From a bacterium (lineage in GTDB: Bacteria; Bacillota; DTU030; JBMNJR01), in contig JBMNJR010000003.1 of NCBI GenBank assembly GCA_050951765.1, forward strand, positions 195,148 to 259,147: a stretch of DNA of 64,000 nt, written 5' to 3'. The notes under the pieces were generated by a model, which made no database searches, was not told the DNA's origin, and saw only the letters and a program-made list of their open reading frames with translations. Below, one piece after another: positions 47,981 through 57,412 of this stretch (its first letter is position 1; each line of letters starts with the position of its first letter). The position numbers were made by a program, and so were the translations under genes.

Positions 47981-48015
47981 AAGAATGGTTCTCTTATAAA
48001 TTGAGAACCATTCTT
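47981..48015. terminator. hairpin between convergent transcription units (likely bidirectional terminator)
   Basis: A 13-bp perfect stem AAGAATGGTTCTC/GAGAACCATTCTT lies between the plus-strand ORFan block and the minus-strand transketolase genes. Confidence 0.55.
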
Positions 48016-48021
48016 TACATT

Positions 48022-48969
48022 TTACTTATTAGATTTTTTTGCCATTGCATTTTTCGCCTGGGCAACAATTTCCTCTACCGTTAAGCCGTATTTTTGTAAT
48101 AGTTCACCCGGCGCACCCGATTCGCCAAAGGTATCTTTAATCCCCACCCTGTGCACCGGCACTGGATATTCCTCCGCAATCACCTCTGCCACTGCACTGC
48201 CTAAACCCCCGATTATACTATGCTCTTCCGCTGTAACAATAGCCCCGGTTTCTTGGGCGGCAGTTACCAATGCGTACCGATCAATAGGTTTTATAGTGGA
48301 CATATTTAATACCCTGGCTTCGATACCTTCTTGCTCCAACAATTGGGCAGCTTCCAAGGCGACACCTACCATATAACCGCAAGCCACAACCGTAACATCG
48401 TTACCATCCCGCAGCAGTGCAGCCTTACCGATGGAAAATTGGTAATCCCTAGACAAAATAACCGGCACCTTAGGGCGGCCTAGGCGTAGGTAAACCGGCC
48501 CTTTATGTGCCGCTGCAGCTTTTACCGCCAACCTGGTTTCTACTGCATCAGCGGGAACAATAACCGTCATCCCCGGTAAGGAACGCATGAGCGAAATATC
48601 TTCTACCGACTGGTGAGAAGCGCCGTCTTCCCCTACCGTTAGCCCCGCATGGGAAGCGGCAATTTTCACATTAAGTTGTGCGATGCAAACAGAATTTCGC
48701 ACCTGGTCAAAGGCGCGGCCAGTAGCAAAAACAGCAAAGGTGCTGGCAAAGGGGAGCTTTCCCGCTGCAGCCAGACCGGCAGCCGTTGCAATCATATTGG
48801 CTTCAGCAATACCCATATTAAAAAACCGTTCCGGAAATACTTTGGCAAACTCTGCAGTTCGCGTCGAACCTGAGAGATCAGCGTCTAAAACTACCAAATC
48901 TAAATTTGTTTTCCCCAATTCTGCCAGCGTCTGCCCATAAGCATCTCTGGTGGCTATTTTTTCGGTCAT
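48022..48969 (-). CDS. transketolase, C-terminal (pyrimidine-binding) subunit
   Basis: 315-aa ORF whose sequence is typical of split transketolase subunit B (IATRDAYG...GIAEANM...GASHQSVEDI). Confidence 0.9.
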   Translation of the reverse strand: MTEKIATRDAYGQTLAELGKTNLDLVVLDADLSGSTRTAEFAKVFPERFFNMGIAEANMIATAAGLAAAGKLPFASTFAVFATGRAFDQVRNSVCIAQLNVKIAASHAGLTVGEDGASHQSVEDISLMRSLPGMTVIVPADAVETRLAVKAAAAHKGPVYLRLGRPKVPVILSRDYQFSIGKAALLRDGNDVTVVACGYMVGVALEAAQLLEQEGIEARVLNMSTIKPIDRYALVTAAQETGAIVTAEEHSIIGGLGSAVAEVIAEEYPVPVHRVGIKDTFGESGAPGELLQKYGLTVEEIVAQAKNAMAKKSNK

Positions 48970-48995
48970 TATGTAAAAATCCTCCCTCCTGAATA

Positions 48996-49820
48996 CTAGG
49001 CCAACTCCTGCAAGGCTTGACGGACTTGGTCTTTATTGGGAGCCTTCCCGTGCCAAGCCGCCACATTCTCCATAAAAGAAACCCCTTTGCCTTTCACGGT
49101 ATTGGCAATAATCATTGTTGGTCTTCCCTTGATCCCTTGGGCGATATCTAAAGCAGTAAGGATTTCGGTAAAATCATGGCCATTGATATTCACTACATGC
49201 CAGCCAAAGGCAGCCCATTTTTCAGCCAGTGGCTCGGTATTCATCACATCCCGTACTTGCCCATCAATCTGCAGGCCGTTAAAATCAAGAAAAGCAGTCA
49301 CATTAGCAAGGCCATAATGGGCTGTAGCCATGGCAGCTTCCCATACTGATCCCTCATTCACTTCTCCATCGCCTAACACCACATATACCCGATAATCCTT
49401 TTGATCAAGTTTCCCCGCCAAAGCCATACCGTTGGCTACCGCTAAACCCTGGCCCAAAGAACCGGTAGACATCTCCACACCCGGCGTATTATTCATATCC
49501 GGATGTCCTTGCAGGCGGCTGCCAAGTTTTCGCAATGTCTTTAACTCTGCTACGGGAAAATAACCCTTTTCAGCCAAAACTCCATACAGAGCCGGGCAGG
49601 CATGTCCCTTCGAAAGAATAAACCGATCCCGCTCCGGCCAAGCAGGATTTCTTGGATCTACCCGCATCACCGCGAAATATAAAGCAGTAACGATTTCTAC
49701 AATGGACAATGCTCCCCCAGGATGGCCAGAGCCGGCCTCAGCCACCATGGTAATAATATGCCGGCGTACTCTTTTTGCCATTTCTTCCAGCATTGCCAGC
49801 TTTTCTGTTGTCAGCTGCAT
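48996..49820 (-). CDS. transketolase, N-terminal (TPP-binding) subunit
   Basis: Has SGHPGGALS and GDGEVNEGSVWEA motifs. The start is set at ATG 49820 (MQLTTEKL) after AAAGGAGGAAGGG. Confidence 0.9.
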   Translation of the reverse strand: MQLTTEKLAMLEEMAKRVRRHIITMVAEAGSGHPGGALSIVEIVTALYFAVMRVDPRNPAWPERDRFILSKGHACPALYGVLAEKGYFPVAELKTLRKLGSRLQGHPDMNNTPGVEMSTGSLGQGLAVANGMALAGKLDQKDYRVYVVLGDGEVNEGSVWEAAMATAHYGLANVTAFLDFNGLQIDGQVRDVMNTEPLAEKWAAFGWHVVNINGHDFTEILTALDIAQGIKGRPTMIIANTVKGKGVSFMENVAAWHGKAPNKDQVRQALQELA

Positions 49821-49860
49821 ATATCCCTTCCTCCTTTGCATGCAAACATATCTATGACAT

Positions 49861-50598
49861 TTAATGCTTACTCCGCCATACCTGCCAGGCAAAACGGGGT
49901 AAAGCCAACATCCTCACCGCCCGTTGCGGTTGGGTAACCAATCGGTAAAACCATTCTAAGCCTAACTTGCACATCCAAGAAGGAGCTCGTTTAACTCTTC
50001 CGGCAAAGACATCCAAACTGCCTCCTACTCCAATGGCCACCGGAACCCCCAGTTTCTTTCCCCGCCGGTGAATCCAGATTTCCTGTTTTGGCATCCCTAA
50101 GCCGACCAACAACAAATGCGGAGCTGCCGCTTTGATGTCCTGCTCTATTTTTACCCCGGCTTGCTCATCAAAATACCCATGATGAAAACCAACAATATTG
50201 AGACCGGGGAATTGCGCTGCTAACTTAGCTGCCGCCTCCTCTGCAACTCCCGGTGCTCCCCCCAAAATATAAACACCGTAACCTTTCTCAGCAGCCAATT
50301 GTAACAACCTCTGGGTCAACTCTATACCCGGAACTCGCTCCGGCAATGGCTGCCCCAGCTTTTGGGCAGCCCAGACCACCCCAATACCATCTGCCACCAC
50401 TAAATCTGCCGCCTTTACCGCTTGCGCCAAATCCTTATCCTGCTGTGCCAGCATCACCCCTTCCGGGTTAGCGGTCACCACCTGGTGCGCAGCAGTTGAA
50501 TCCAGAAAGGTGGCAATACGTTCCACTGCCACCTTCAGGGTTACCTGATCAAAGGGAACACCTAGAATATGTACCCGAGCTTGTTGCAGAAAAATCAC
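49861..50598 (-). CDS. WecB/TagA/CpsF family glycosyltransferase
   Basis: 245-aa ORF with a pattern typical of the TagA family (ILGVPFD...VVTANPE...ADGIGVVWA...GAPGVAE). Its start overlaps the csaB stop (ATGA). Confidence 0.85.
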   Translation of the reverse strand: MIFLQQARVHILGVPFDQVTLKVAVERIATFLDSTAAHQVVTANPEGVMLAQQDKDLAQAVKAADLVVADGIGVVWAAQKLGQPLPERVPGIELTQRLLQLAAEKGYGVYILGGAPGVAEEAAAKLAAQFPGLNIVGFHHGYFDEQAGVKIEQDIKAAAPHLLLVGLGMPKQEIWIHRRGKKLGVPVAIGVGGSLDVFAGRVKRAPSWMCKLGLEWFYRLVTQPQRAVRMLALPRFAWQVWRSKH

Positions 50599-51725
50599 CT
50601 CCTCAACAGCTCTGCCACCAATTTGCTGTTCTCATGGGCTAGCTCCACCAACTCCCGGCCTTTTTCCCTTAAGGAATCTCGAATCCGATTCCGGTTAATC
50701 CATACTTGATCCAAACAAGCAATAATTTCCGCTCCGGTTACTGACTGTACCATTCCTGCCACAGGCTGCCCGATCAATTGCAGGAAATCCTCCACCTTGG
50801 GGTCATAGACTAAACCGGCTAAAGGCACCCCCTGGGCAGCGGCAAAGATCAGGGCATGCAACCGCATACCTAAAACCATATCCATGCTCCCGGTAATTCC
50901 CATCAATTCTTGTGCTGTATAACTGCCCGCCAAAATTTTTGCAGGAGATTTCATCATACCTGCCACTTCCTGGGCTACCGGCACATCTGCCGGAGACTGT
51001 AGCGGCAGAAATATAATCCGTGCACCACATCTTTCCACTAACCAATCAGCAGCCTCGGCAACCGCCTGCTTATAAGCCTGATATTTTTTCCAACTGCGCA
51101 AGGAAATGCCTATTAAAGGTCGATCGAAGGCAACACCTTCCCGGGCTAATATTTTTCTGACCTGTTCTTGTGCAGCTGGTTCCAGGCAAAAAACCTGGTC
51201 TGCTGTCACCTTGATTTCCGGTCTATTAACCCCCAGCTTTTGCAAAGTCTGCCGCGAAGCCGCCTCCCGCACAGTAATCAAATCAACCCGGTTAGCCACC
51301 TGGGCAGTGAGAAAACGATTAACAGGACGGCGAATCGGCCCTACTCCCTGCCCAAAGAACATAACAGGCGTGCCGCAAAACTTGGCTAAAACCACTACGC
51401 CCAAATAATATACCAGCGAACGGGAACTGGTAACATCCTGTAAAATACTACCGCCACCGCTGAGCAATAAATCAGCCTGCTTAAGTGCCAGAATAATTCC
51501 AAACAAGTTTGTCCGGGAAATAGCTTTAACCTTGTGTTGCGCAGCAGTTTGCACCGGATTGCCGGAAATAACAGTCATTTCCACCTGCCCCAAATAACGG
51601 CGCAAAGAACTAACCATTGCGGTCAAGATGGCTTCATCGCCGGCATTATTATATCCAAAATACCCGGAAATCACCAGTCGGTGCGGATGGTGTCTTGCCT
51701 TATTTGCTTTTCCATAACCATCCAT
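50595..51725 (-). CDS. csaB: polysaccharide pyruvyl transferase CsaB
   Basis: 376-aa ORF. ISGYFGYNNAGDEAIL and the overall length are typical of CsaB/pyruvyl transferases. Confidence 0.8.
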   Translation of the reverse strand: MDGYGKANKARHHPHRLVISGYFGYNNAGDEAILTAMVSSLRRYLGQVEMTVISGNPVQTAAQHKVKAISRTNLFGIILALKQADLLLSGGGSILQDVTSSRSLVYYLGVVVLAKFCGTPVMFFGQGVGPIRRPVNRFLTAQVANRVDLITVREAASRQTLQKLGVNRPEIKVTADQVFCLEPAAQEQVRKILAREGVAFDRPLIGISLRSWKKYQAYKQAVAEAADWLVERCGARIIFLPLQSPADVPVAQEVAGMMKSPAKILAGSYTAQELMGITGSMDMVLGMRLHALIFAAAQGVPLAGLVYDPKVEDFLQLIGQPVAGMVQSVTGAEIIACLDQVWINRNRIRDSLREKGRELVELAHENSKLVAELLRR

Positions 51726-51855
51726 GACCGAAAACCTCCGTTCTTATTCAGTGTAACAGGAAGGAAAAAATCGGGAAACACCCATACGGACATTTCCAGC
51801 AAGATGGATGCTAATTTAGTTCCAGTACCGATGGAGTCGTTTATTGCTTATCTCA

Positions 51856-52113
51856 GGTTAAGCTATTTACACTGAACTAACCCGCCCTAATTTCCCCGCC
51901 TTTTTTAGCGTCGGGTGCCAAAGGGCGGCTAAGTCTTGTATGGACTTGACTAACATTTAGAGGAGGTTAAACCCCTCTAAATGAAGTCACGTTCGACAAA
52001 GACGGCGATTGAGCATGCCCGCCCGACCTTTTATTGTAGTTATTCAGTCGGAGGGCGGCCACGGTCACCGGAGCCAGCGGCAAAATTAGGCTAGCCGGAC
52101 AAAGTGTTTTCAG
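51856..52113 (-). repeat. long copy (B) of the dispersed intergenic repeat, with inverted termini and an internal extra segment
   Basis: The plus-strand left end GGTTAAGCTATTTAC is identical to copy A over 15 nt. The reverse complement of 52020-52113 aligns with copies A and C. An extra segment of about 130 nt includes the hairpin CATTTAGAGG/CCTCTAAATG (51954-51983). Confidence 0.75.
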
Positions 52114-52121
52114 CGTAGTGA

Positions 52122-53492
52122 TCAAGCACTACTATCTTCAGAATTGGCTAAGCTAAGGACAGTATTGAATAGGCCCAAAACCAACCAAAACATGATGATA
52201 ATTTTAGGTAAATATAGAACGCTTTCAAACATCCCAAAAGCCAGCATCCCCACCAGCGAAGACACCCCGGCTACCAACAGACACCGTTCAAAATGGCCAA
52301 TCTGGGTGAAAATCCGCTTAACCGCCCCTTTGAGGGTACTGCCAAGGTAAAGGAGCAGGGCCATGAGGCCAAATAATCCGGCTTCCACTGCCATTTGTAA
52401 ATACGTATTATGGGAATGGTAAGGAAACTTAGTACGGTCAAAGGCAAAATACGGATAAACCACTCGGAATGCCCGGTGCCCCAAACCTACCCCAGTTGCC
52501 CAATACTCCTTAATCATATTCAATGTTTCCTGCCAAACAACAATCCGATGCGCATTGGAAGAATCGCTGAGGCTAAAGATCGAAATGAGGCGCACCCAAA
52601 GGACATCAATCTGCAGTACAAATGGGAGCAGCAAAAAGCAACCGCCAATTCCAACCCACACTAATCGCTTGTCTACCAACAAAGCAAAGGCAGCCAAGCT
52701 AAAGGCAATGGCAACCCATCCCGAGCGGGAAAGGGTCAAAACAAGACAGAGAAGCTGGATTAAGGCTATACCGCTAAAAAACAACCGCTGCCTCCACCCT
52801 CTGTGATACCAAATCAAGGCAAGAGTAAAGGGGATAATAAACACCAAATACTCCGCCAACACATTAGGGTTACCAAAGGTAGAATAAGCCCGGGTAGTTA
52901 TTCCCGGATGCAAGGTTGCATCCACCCAACTGGTCTCCCCCGGCACTCCGATCACATAACCATAAATGCCGTATAGAGATACGAAAAAAGAGGCCACGAT
53001 TAATGACAACAAAAACAATTTGACCTGGCTGCGCCTGACCAAAATATTTTGCATAAGCAGCATGATTGCTAAACCAAGTAAATGCAACAATACTTCCCGC
53101 AAGCTATAGCCTAATGTTACCGAGGTCAAGCCACTGAAAAATAATAGAAGTAAGAAAAGATATAGAAAAGGATTATCAACAAACTGTAATTGCTGCGATC
53201 TATTGTTTACGCAAAGCTGAAAAACAAAAGAACCTAAAACCAACCCCAAAAGTAAGGTGAATGCCAAATTGGGGAAAAAAGGCAAAGTAAACGGAACTAA
53301 TAATAGGCCAAGGAAAACGTTATTTAAAACCACCAATACTCCCATAGCCATTAATAATACTTTTGCCACTTCCAGAGCGGGGAATAACAATAACAAAAAA
53401 CCAACCCCCACACCGGCCATCAAGCTTAAGAGCCGGACTTGTCTCACATACGACCAGGCTAATTTCATTGACATCCGCTCCTCAATCTTCAA
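52122..53492 (-). CDS. O-antigen ligase (Wzy_C) family membrane protein
   Basis: 456-aa polytopic protein. The loop region with LSRSGW...HSHNTYLQMAVEAGLFGL is typical of the O-antigen ligase/polymerase family. Confidence 0.75.
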   Translation of the reverse strand: MKIEERMSMKLAWSYVRQVRLLSLMAGVGVGFLLLLFPALEVAKVLLMAMGVLVVLNNVFLGLLLVPFTLPFFPNLAFTLLLGLVLGSFVFQLCVNNRSQQLQFVDNPFLYLFLLLLFFSGLTSVTLGYSLREVLLHLLGLAIMLLMQNILVRRSQVKLFLLSLIVASFFVSLYGIYGYVIGVPGETSWVDATLHPGITTRAYSTFGNPNVLAEYLVFIIPFTLALIWYHRGWRQRLFFSGIALIQLLCLVLTLSRSGWVAIAFSLAAFALLVDKRLVWVGIGGCFLLLPFVLQIDVLWVRLISIFSLSDSSNAHRIVVWQETLNMIKEYWATGVGLGHRAFRVVYPYFAFDRTKFPYHSHNTYLQMAVEAGLFGLMALLLYLGSTLKGAVKRIFTQIGHFERCLLVAGVSSLVGMLAFGMFESVLYLPKIIIMFWLVLGLFNTVLSLANSEDSSA

Positions 53493-53973
53493 TGGCTGTC
53501 ATAAATGCCCAAAATTTTCCCAGTAAACTGTCTGACCAAAACACCCACCGCCGTGGCCAACAAAAAGCAACTAGCTTTGTTAATAGCAATACCAGACCAC
53601 CCACATAAAACCTATAGGTACGGAAAACAATTCCGCCAAGTAATAGGACAGCCCCTAAACCCGAGCAAAAAGCAAAATATATTGCTTCCCGCCCCCTATT
53701 CCCTTCAGTTGTCAAAGCAAAAACAGCACTGCCTTCAGCAGCAGGCTGAAAGTATTGCCCCACTGTAGCGATCATACTGGCAAAAAGCTGCAAACACCTT
53801 CTTAAACCACTATAGAAAAAACTACAGGCAAACCATTGGGGACGTTCTGCCAAGACTAAAAATATAAACCAACTGTGGCCGGCTGCCGTAACTATACCAG
53901 CGCAAAGGCAGTTTATGAAGCGGAGCATAAAGCTATTGCGCCATATTTTAACTAAAATACTGTATTCCCACAT
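53482..53973 (-). CDS. hypothetical membrane protein
   Basis: 163-aa ORF with several hydrophobic helices. No family recognised and the start is uncertain. Confidence 0.4.
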   Translation of the reverse strand: MWEYSILVKIWRNSFMLRFINCLCAGIVTAAGHSWFIFLVLAERPQWFACSFFYSGLRRCLQLFASMIATVGQYFQPAAEGSAVFALTTEGNRGREAIYFAFCSGLGAVLLLGGIVFRTYRFYVGGLVLLLTKLVAFCWPRRWVFWSDSLLGKFWAFMTAIED

Positions 53974-53988
53974 CAGTACTTTCTCCTT

Positions 53989-54474
53989 TTATTCCAATAA
54001 TTCCATACCATAAACCACAGTCTCCACCTGATAAGTTTGGGTTCGAATAACGGGAGTAATACCGATCCTGATCTGCTGGCCGGTTATCCGCACATATTCT
54101 GCCGTGACTTCTGCCTGGGCAGCCACTGTCAATAAAACATCATACCGCCCAGGAACTTCAGCTTCTACCAACTCCCCCGCAGCAGTAGCCACTATCTCTG
54201 TTGCCGGCATTACTTTTTTCTCAATAATTGTGCCAAAAAAACCATTACTATTTTTTTCCCGCACCCGGTCATCCACTTTGATTGCATCAACCGTTGGCTG
54301 CCTTACCCCTTCTACCAATAAATCCACTTTCACGTTTTTTAGCTCCGGCTGGTACTCCGGATTGACGCGGAGAAATTTATAAGCTCCTGCTGCCAAGACC
54401 ACTCCTAAAATCAATAATACTGCTAAATCAATAATATTAATAAAACCAAATAAGCGACCTCTCTCATCCAACAT
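53989..54474 (-). CDS. DUF4330 domain protein
   Basis: 161-aa ORF. The N-terminal RGRLFGFINIIDLAVLLIL is typical of DUF4330. Confidence 0.6.
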   Translation of the reverse strand: MLDERGRLFGFINIIDLAVLLILGVVLAAGAYKFLRVNPEYQPELKNVKVDLLVEGVRQPTVDAIKVDDRVREKNSNGFFGTIIEKKVMPATEIVATAAGELVEAEVPGRYDVLLTVAAQAEVTAEYVRITGQQIRIGITPVIRTQTYQVETVVYGMELLE

Positions 54475-54478
54475 ATCC

Positions 54479-55615
54479 TTACCTCCTTGTCCCCTGCAAA
54501 ATTGCCCGGTAGATTTCTATATGCCTTTTTGCCAAATTCTCAGTGGTAAAATTGTCCTTAACGTGCTTATGAAAAGCCTCGCCTATGCTTTGCCGCAGAC
54601 TTGGATCTGCCAATAACTTATTTAACAATGCTGCCAGTTGCTTGCTATCGCCGGGAGGAAATAAAAAACCATTTTCTCCGTCTTTAATTAACTCCGGGAT
54701 CCCCCCTACAGCAGTAGCCACAGTAGGCAACTTAAACCAGGCGCCCTCCAAGAGAACATAGGGGAAACTCTCGCTATTGGATGGTAAAACATTGATATCG
54801 ATGGCATTAAAGTAATTCCCCGGTTCATGCAGATATCCGCTGAAACAAAGCGCCTCTTTTACCCCCAATTGCTCTGCCAACCTAATTAAACTATTTTTCT
54901 CTTCCCCGTCGCCGGCAATGAGGAACCGGGTATTGGGAAACTCGGCTAAAACCTGGGGAATGGCTTTTACCAAAACGGTTTGCCCCTTTACCGGATGTAA
55001 ACGCCCCATGGTACCAATTAGACTAGCCCCCTGGGGCAAATCAATACCCAATTGAGCGCAAAAAACCTCCCGTCTTTGACCGGATATAGGCGGCTTATGC
55101 AAGTCAAGGCCGTTGTACACAGTGAACACCCGTTCCGGAGCAAAACCGCGGCCGATTAACATCTTGCGAAAATGTTCGGAAACTGCAACATAATAGTCAA
55201 AATACCTGAGTGCCAATTTATTAAGATTGGTATAAACAATTTGCTTATAAATGTTTCCGAGGAAATCCAACTGGTAGTCACTATGGATAGTGGTTACAAA
55301 GGGAATATCCACATTCCGATGCAAAATTGCCGCCAGGAAATTCGATCTGGAACCATGGCTGTGAATAATGTCAAAACCCTCAGTTTTAATTAGCTGGCGT
55401 AATTTCTTAATTACACTCAGATCATACCGCTGTTTTTGCTGGATCAAAATTGTGGGAATACCCCGCTCCAAAGCCTCTCGATAAACAGGACCATCAAGAA
55501 AGCAGACGAGCTGCACGTCAAGCTCATGCCTCAATGCATGCAACAAGCCGATAATATGTGATTTCCCTCCACCTATATCACCACCACCGGTTAAGTGCAG
55601 AACCTTCATTTCCAA
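54479..55615 (-). CDS. GT4 family (GT-B fold) glycosyltransferase
   Basis: 378-aa ORF with an N-terminal GGGDIGGG-type motif and a C-terminal E-x7-E region (SESFPYVLLEGAWFKLPTVAT). Confidence 0.85.
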   Translation of the reverse strand: MEMKVLHLTGGGDIGGGKSHIIGLLHALRHELDVQLVCFLDGPVYREALERGIPTILIQQKQRYDLSVIKKLRQLIKTEGFDIIHSHGSRSNFLAAILHRNVDIPFVTTIHSDYQLDFLGNIYKQIVYTNLNKLALRYFDYYVAVSEHFRKMLIGRGFAPERVFTVYNGLDLHKPPISGQRREVFCAQLGIDLPQGASLIGTMGRLHPVKGQTVLVKAIPQVLAEFPNTRFLIAGDGEEKNSLIRLAEQLGVKEALCFSGYLHEPGNYFNAIDINVLPSNSESFPYVLLEGAWFKLPTVATAVGGIPELIKDGENGFLFPPGDSKQLAALLNKLLADPSLRQSIGEAFHKHVKDNFTTENLAKRHIEIYRAILQGTRR

Positions 55616-55781
55616 TCACTCCCGCCGAGGTTGACCTTAATAAGTTCGTTATCCGGCCTCGCATTTCCTGCTCACCGTTCATTATCCCCAAATTTACCAA
55701 CAAAACAAACCCCCTGCCCTAAGCACTACAGCAAGGGGTAGTTTGCAAATAACTTGAGCTAGATTATTATCCTGAGTTATA

Positions 55782-56183
55782 CTACCGAATCTCATACCCT
55801 CCGCGAACTAACAAGATTATATCAGTTACGGCAAACACCCCGCGGCCATCATCCCGCGGCACCAATAACAAATGATTGGCAGGTATACGTGCTCCTTGAG
55901 CCAAATCCTTGCCACCGGTCAAATCGGCCAATCCGCCTAAAGGGCTGGTAATGGCCTCTGCTTGCCCACCCCGTAAAATCAGCTCCGTGCCGCCATCCGC
56001 CAGTAAACTTTGACCGGCGATTAATTCCACCACCTGTAATTGCACATATTTATCCACATAACTCTTGGCCACAACCGGATCAGCCTCCGTACCGGGACCG
56101 CTTCCTTGTGCCCACACTACACCTGCCAGTAATACAGCTGCCAATAGCATTGTCAATGGGATTAATACCCTTTTGCTTTTCAT
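55782..56183 (-). CDS. hypothetical secreted protein
   Basis: 133-aa ORF with a signal peptide (MKSKRVLIPLTMLLAAVLLAGVVWA). No family recognised. Confidence 0.5.
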   Translation of the reverse strand: MKSKRVLIPLTMLLAAVLLAGVVWAQGSGPGTEADPVVAKSYVDKYVQLQVVELIAGQSLLADGGTELILRGGQAEAITSPLGGLADLTGGKDLAQGARIPANHLLLVPRDDGRGVFAVTDIILLVRGGYEIR

Positions 56184-56240
56184 GCTTTACCCCTCCCAAG
56201 CATCTTAATTAATAGGACCGGAAACAGTTCCCCGCCACAG

Positions 56241-57348
56241 CTACTTTTTTATTTTTTGCCGCAAATAGGCATAAATAAAGGGATCTAAATTACCATCCAT
56301 TACACTATCTATGTTGCCCATTTCCACCCCGGTCCGGTGGTCTTTAATCAGCTTATACGGCTGAAAAACATAAGAACGGATTTGACTGCCCCAGGCAATC
56401 TCCTGTTGTTCCCCACGCATTTGGGCAAGCTCCGATTCCCGTGCCCGCTGTTCCAATTCAAACAGACGCGCCTGCAAAATTTTCATGGCCGTAAGACGAT
56501 TGGAATGTTGCGAGCGCTCGCTTTGACACGAAACCACCAACCCTGTTGGCAGGTGGGTAATCCGTACCGCAGAATCCGTCTTGTTCACATGCTGGCCCCC
56601 GGCGCCACTGGCACGAAAGGTATCGATCCGTAAATCACTGGGGTTTATCTCTACCGCCGTATCATCTTCCACATCAGGCAATACCTCCACTGCGGCAAAA
56701 GATGTATGTCGCCGCCCGGAGGCATCAAAGGGAGAAATTCGCACTAACCGGTGGACTCCCGTCTCTCCTTTCAGATAACCATATGCATTCTCACCACTAA
56801 TCAATAAGGTAGCGCTTTTCACTCCAGCTTCATCCCCGGCTAGTAGATCAAGGACTTCCACCTTATATCCATTTTTCTCCGCCCACCGGGTATACATCCT
56901 TACCAGCATTTCTACCCAGTCTTGGGCTTCAGTGCCTCCCGCACCGGCATGCAGGGTTAAAATGGCATTATTCTGATCATATTCCCCGTGTAACAGTGCA
57001 ACTAATTCCATTTTCTCCACTCGATCGGCCAGCGTAACCAATTCTTTTTCCGCTTCCAGCAAAACTTCCTGCTCCCCTTCTTCCTGCCCCAGTTCTGCCA
57101 GAATCCGCAGATCTGCAACCGCCCGCACCAAATCTTGATATGCCTGCACCGAATTCCGCAAGCTTGTCAACTCTTGCATGACCTCTTGGGCAGCATTAGG
57201 TTCATCCCAAAAATTAGGCTTGGTGCTTTTTGCTTCTAAAATTTCGATCTGCTCTTCTTTTGCCGCCAAGTCAAAGAGAGACCCTCACTTCCGCTAATTT
57301 TGCCGCTAGATTATCTACTTCCCGCAGCAATTCATCATAAAGCATCAT
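56241..57348 (-). CDS. prfB: peptide chain release factor 2, programmed +1 frameshift
   Basis: ORF0 reads ATG(57348) MMLYDELLREVDNLAAKLAEVRVSL and ends at CTT TGA C (CTT 57276-57274, TGA 57273-57271). The +1 frame continues DLAAKEEQ... into the 342-aa RF2 body (SPF and GGQ motifs). A GGAAGTGAGGG SD-like element lies upstream of the shift site. Confidence 0.95.
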
Positions 57349-57412
57349 ATTATCCCTCAACCCCTTTATTATTTGCCACTATAAGGAAAGATTTATTTGC
57401 CAACCTAGATGG

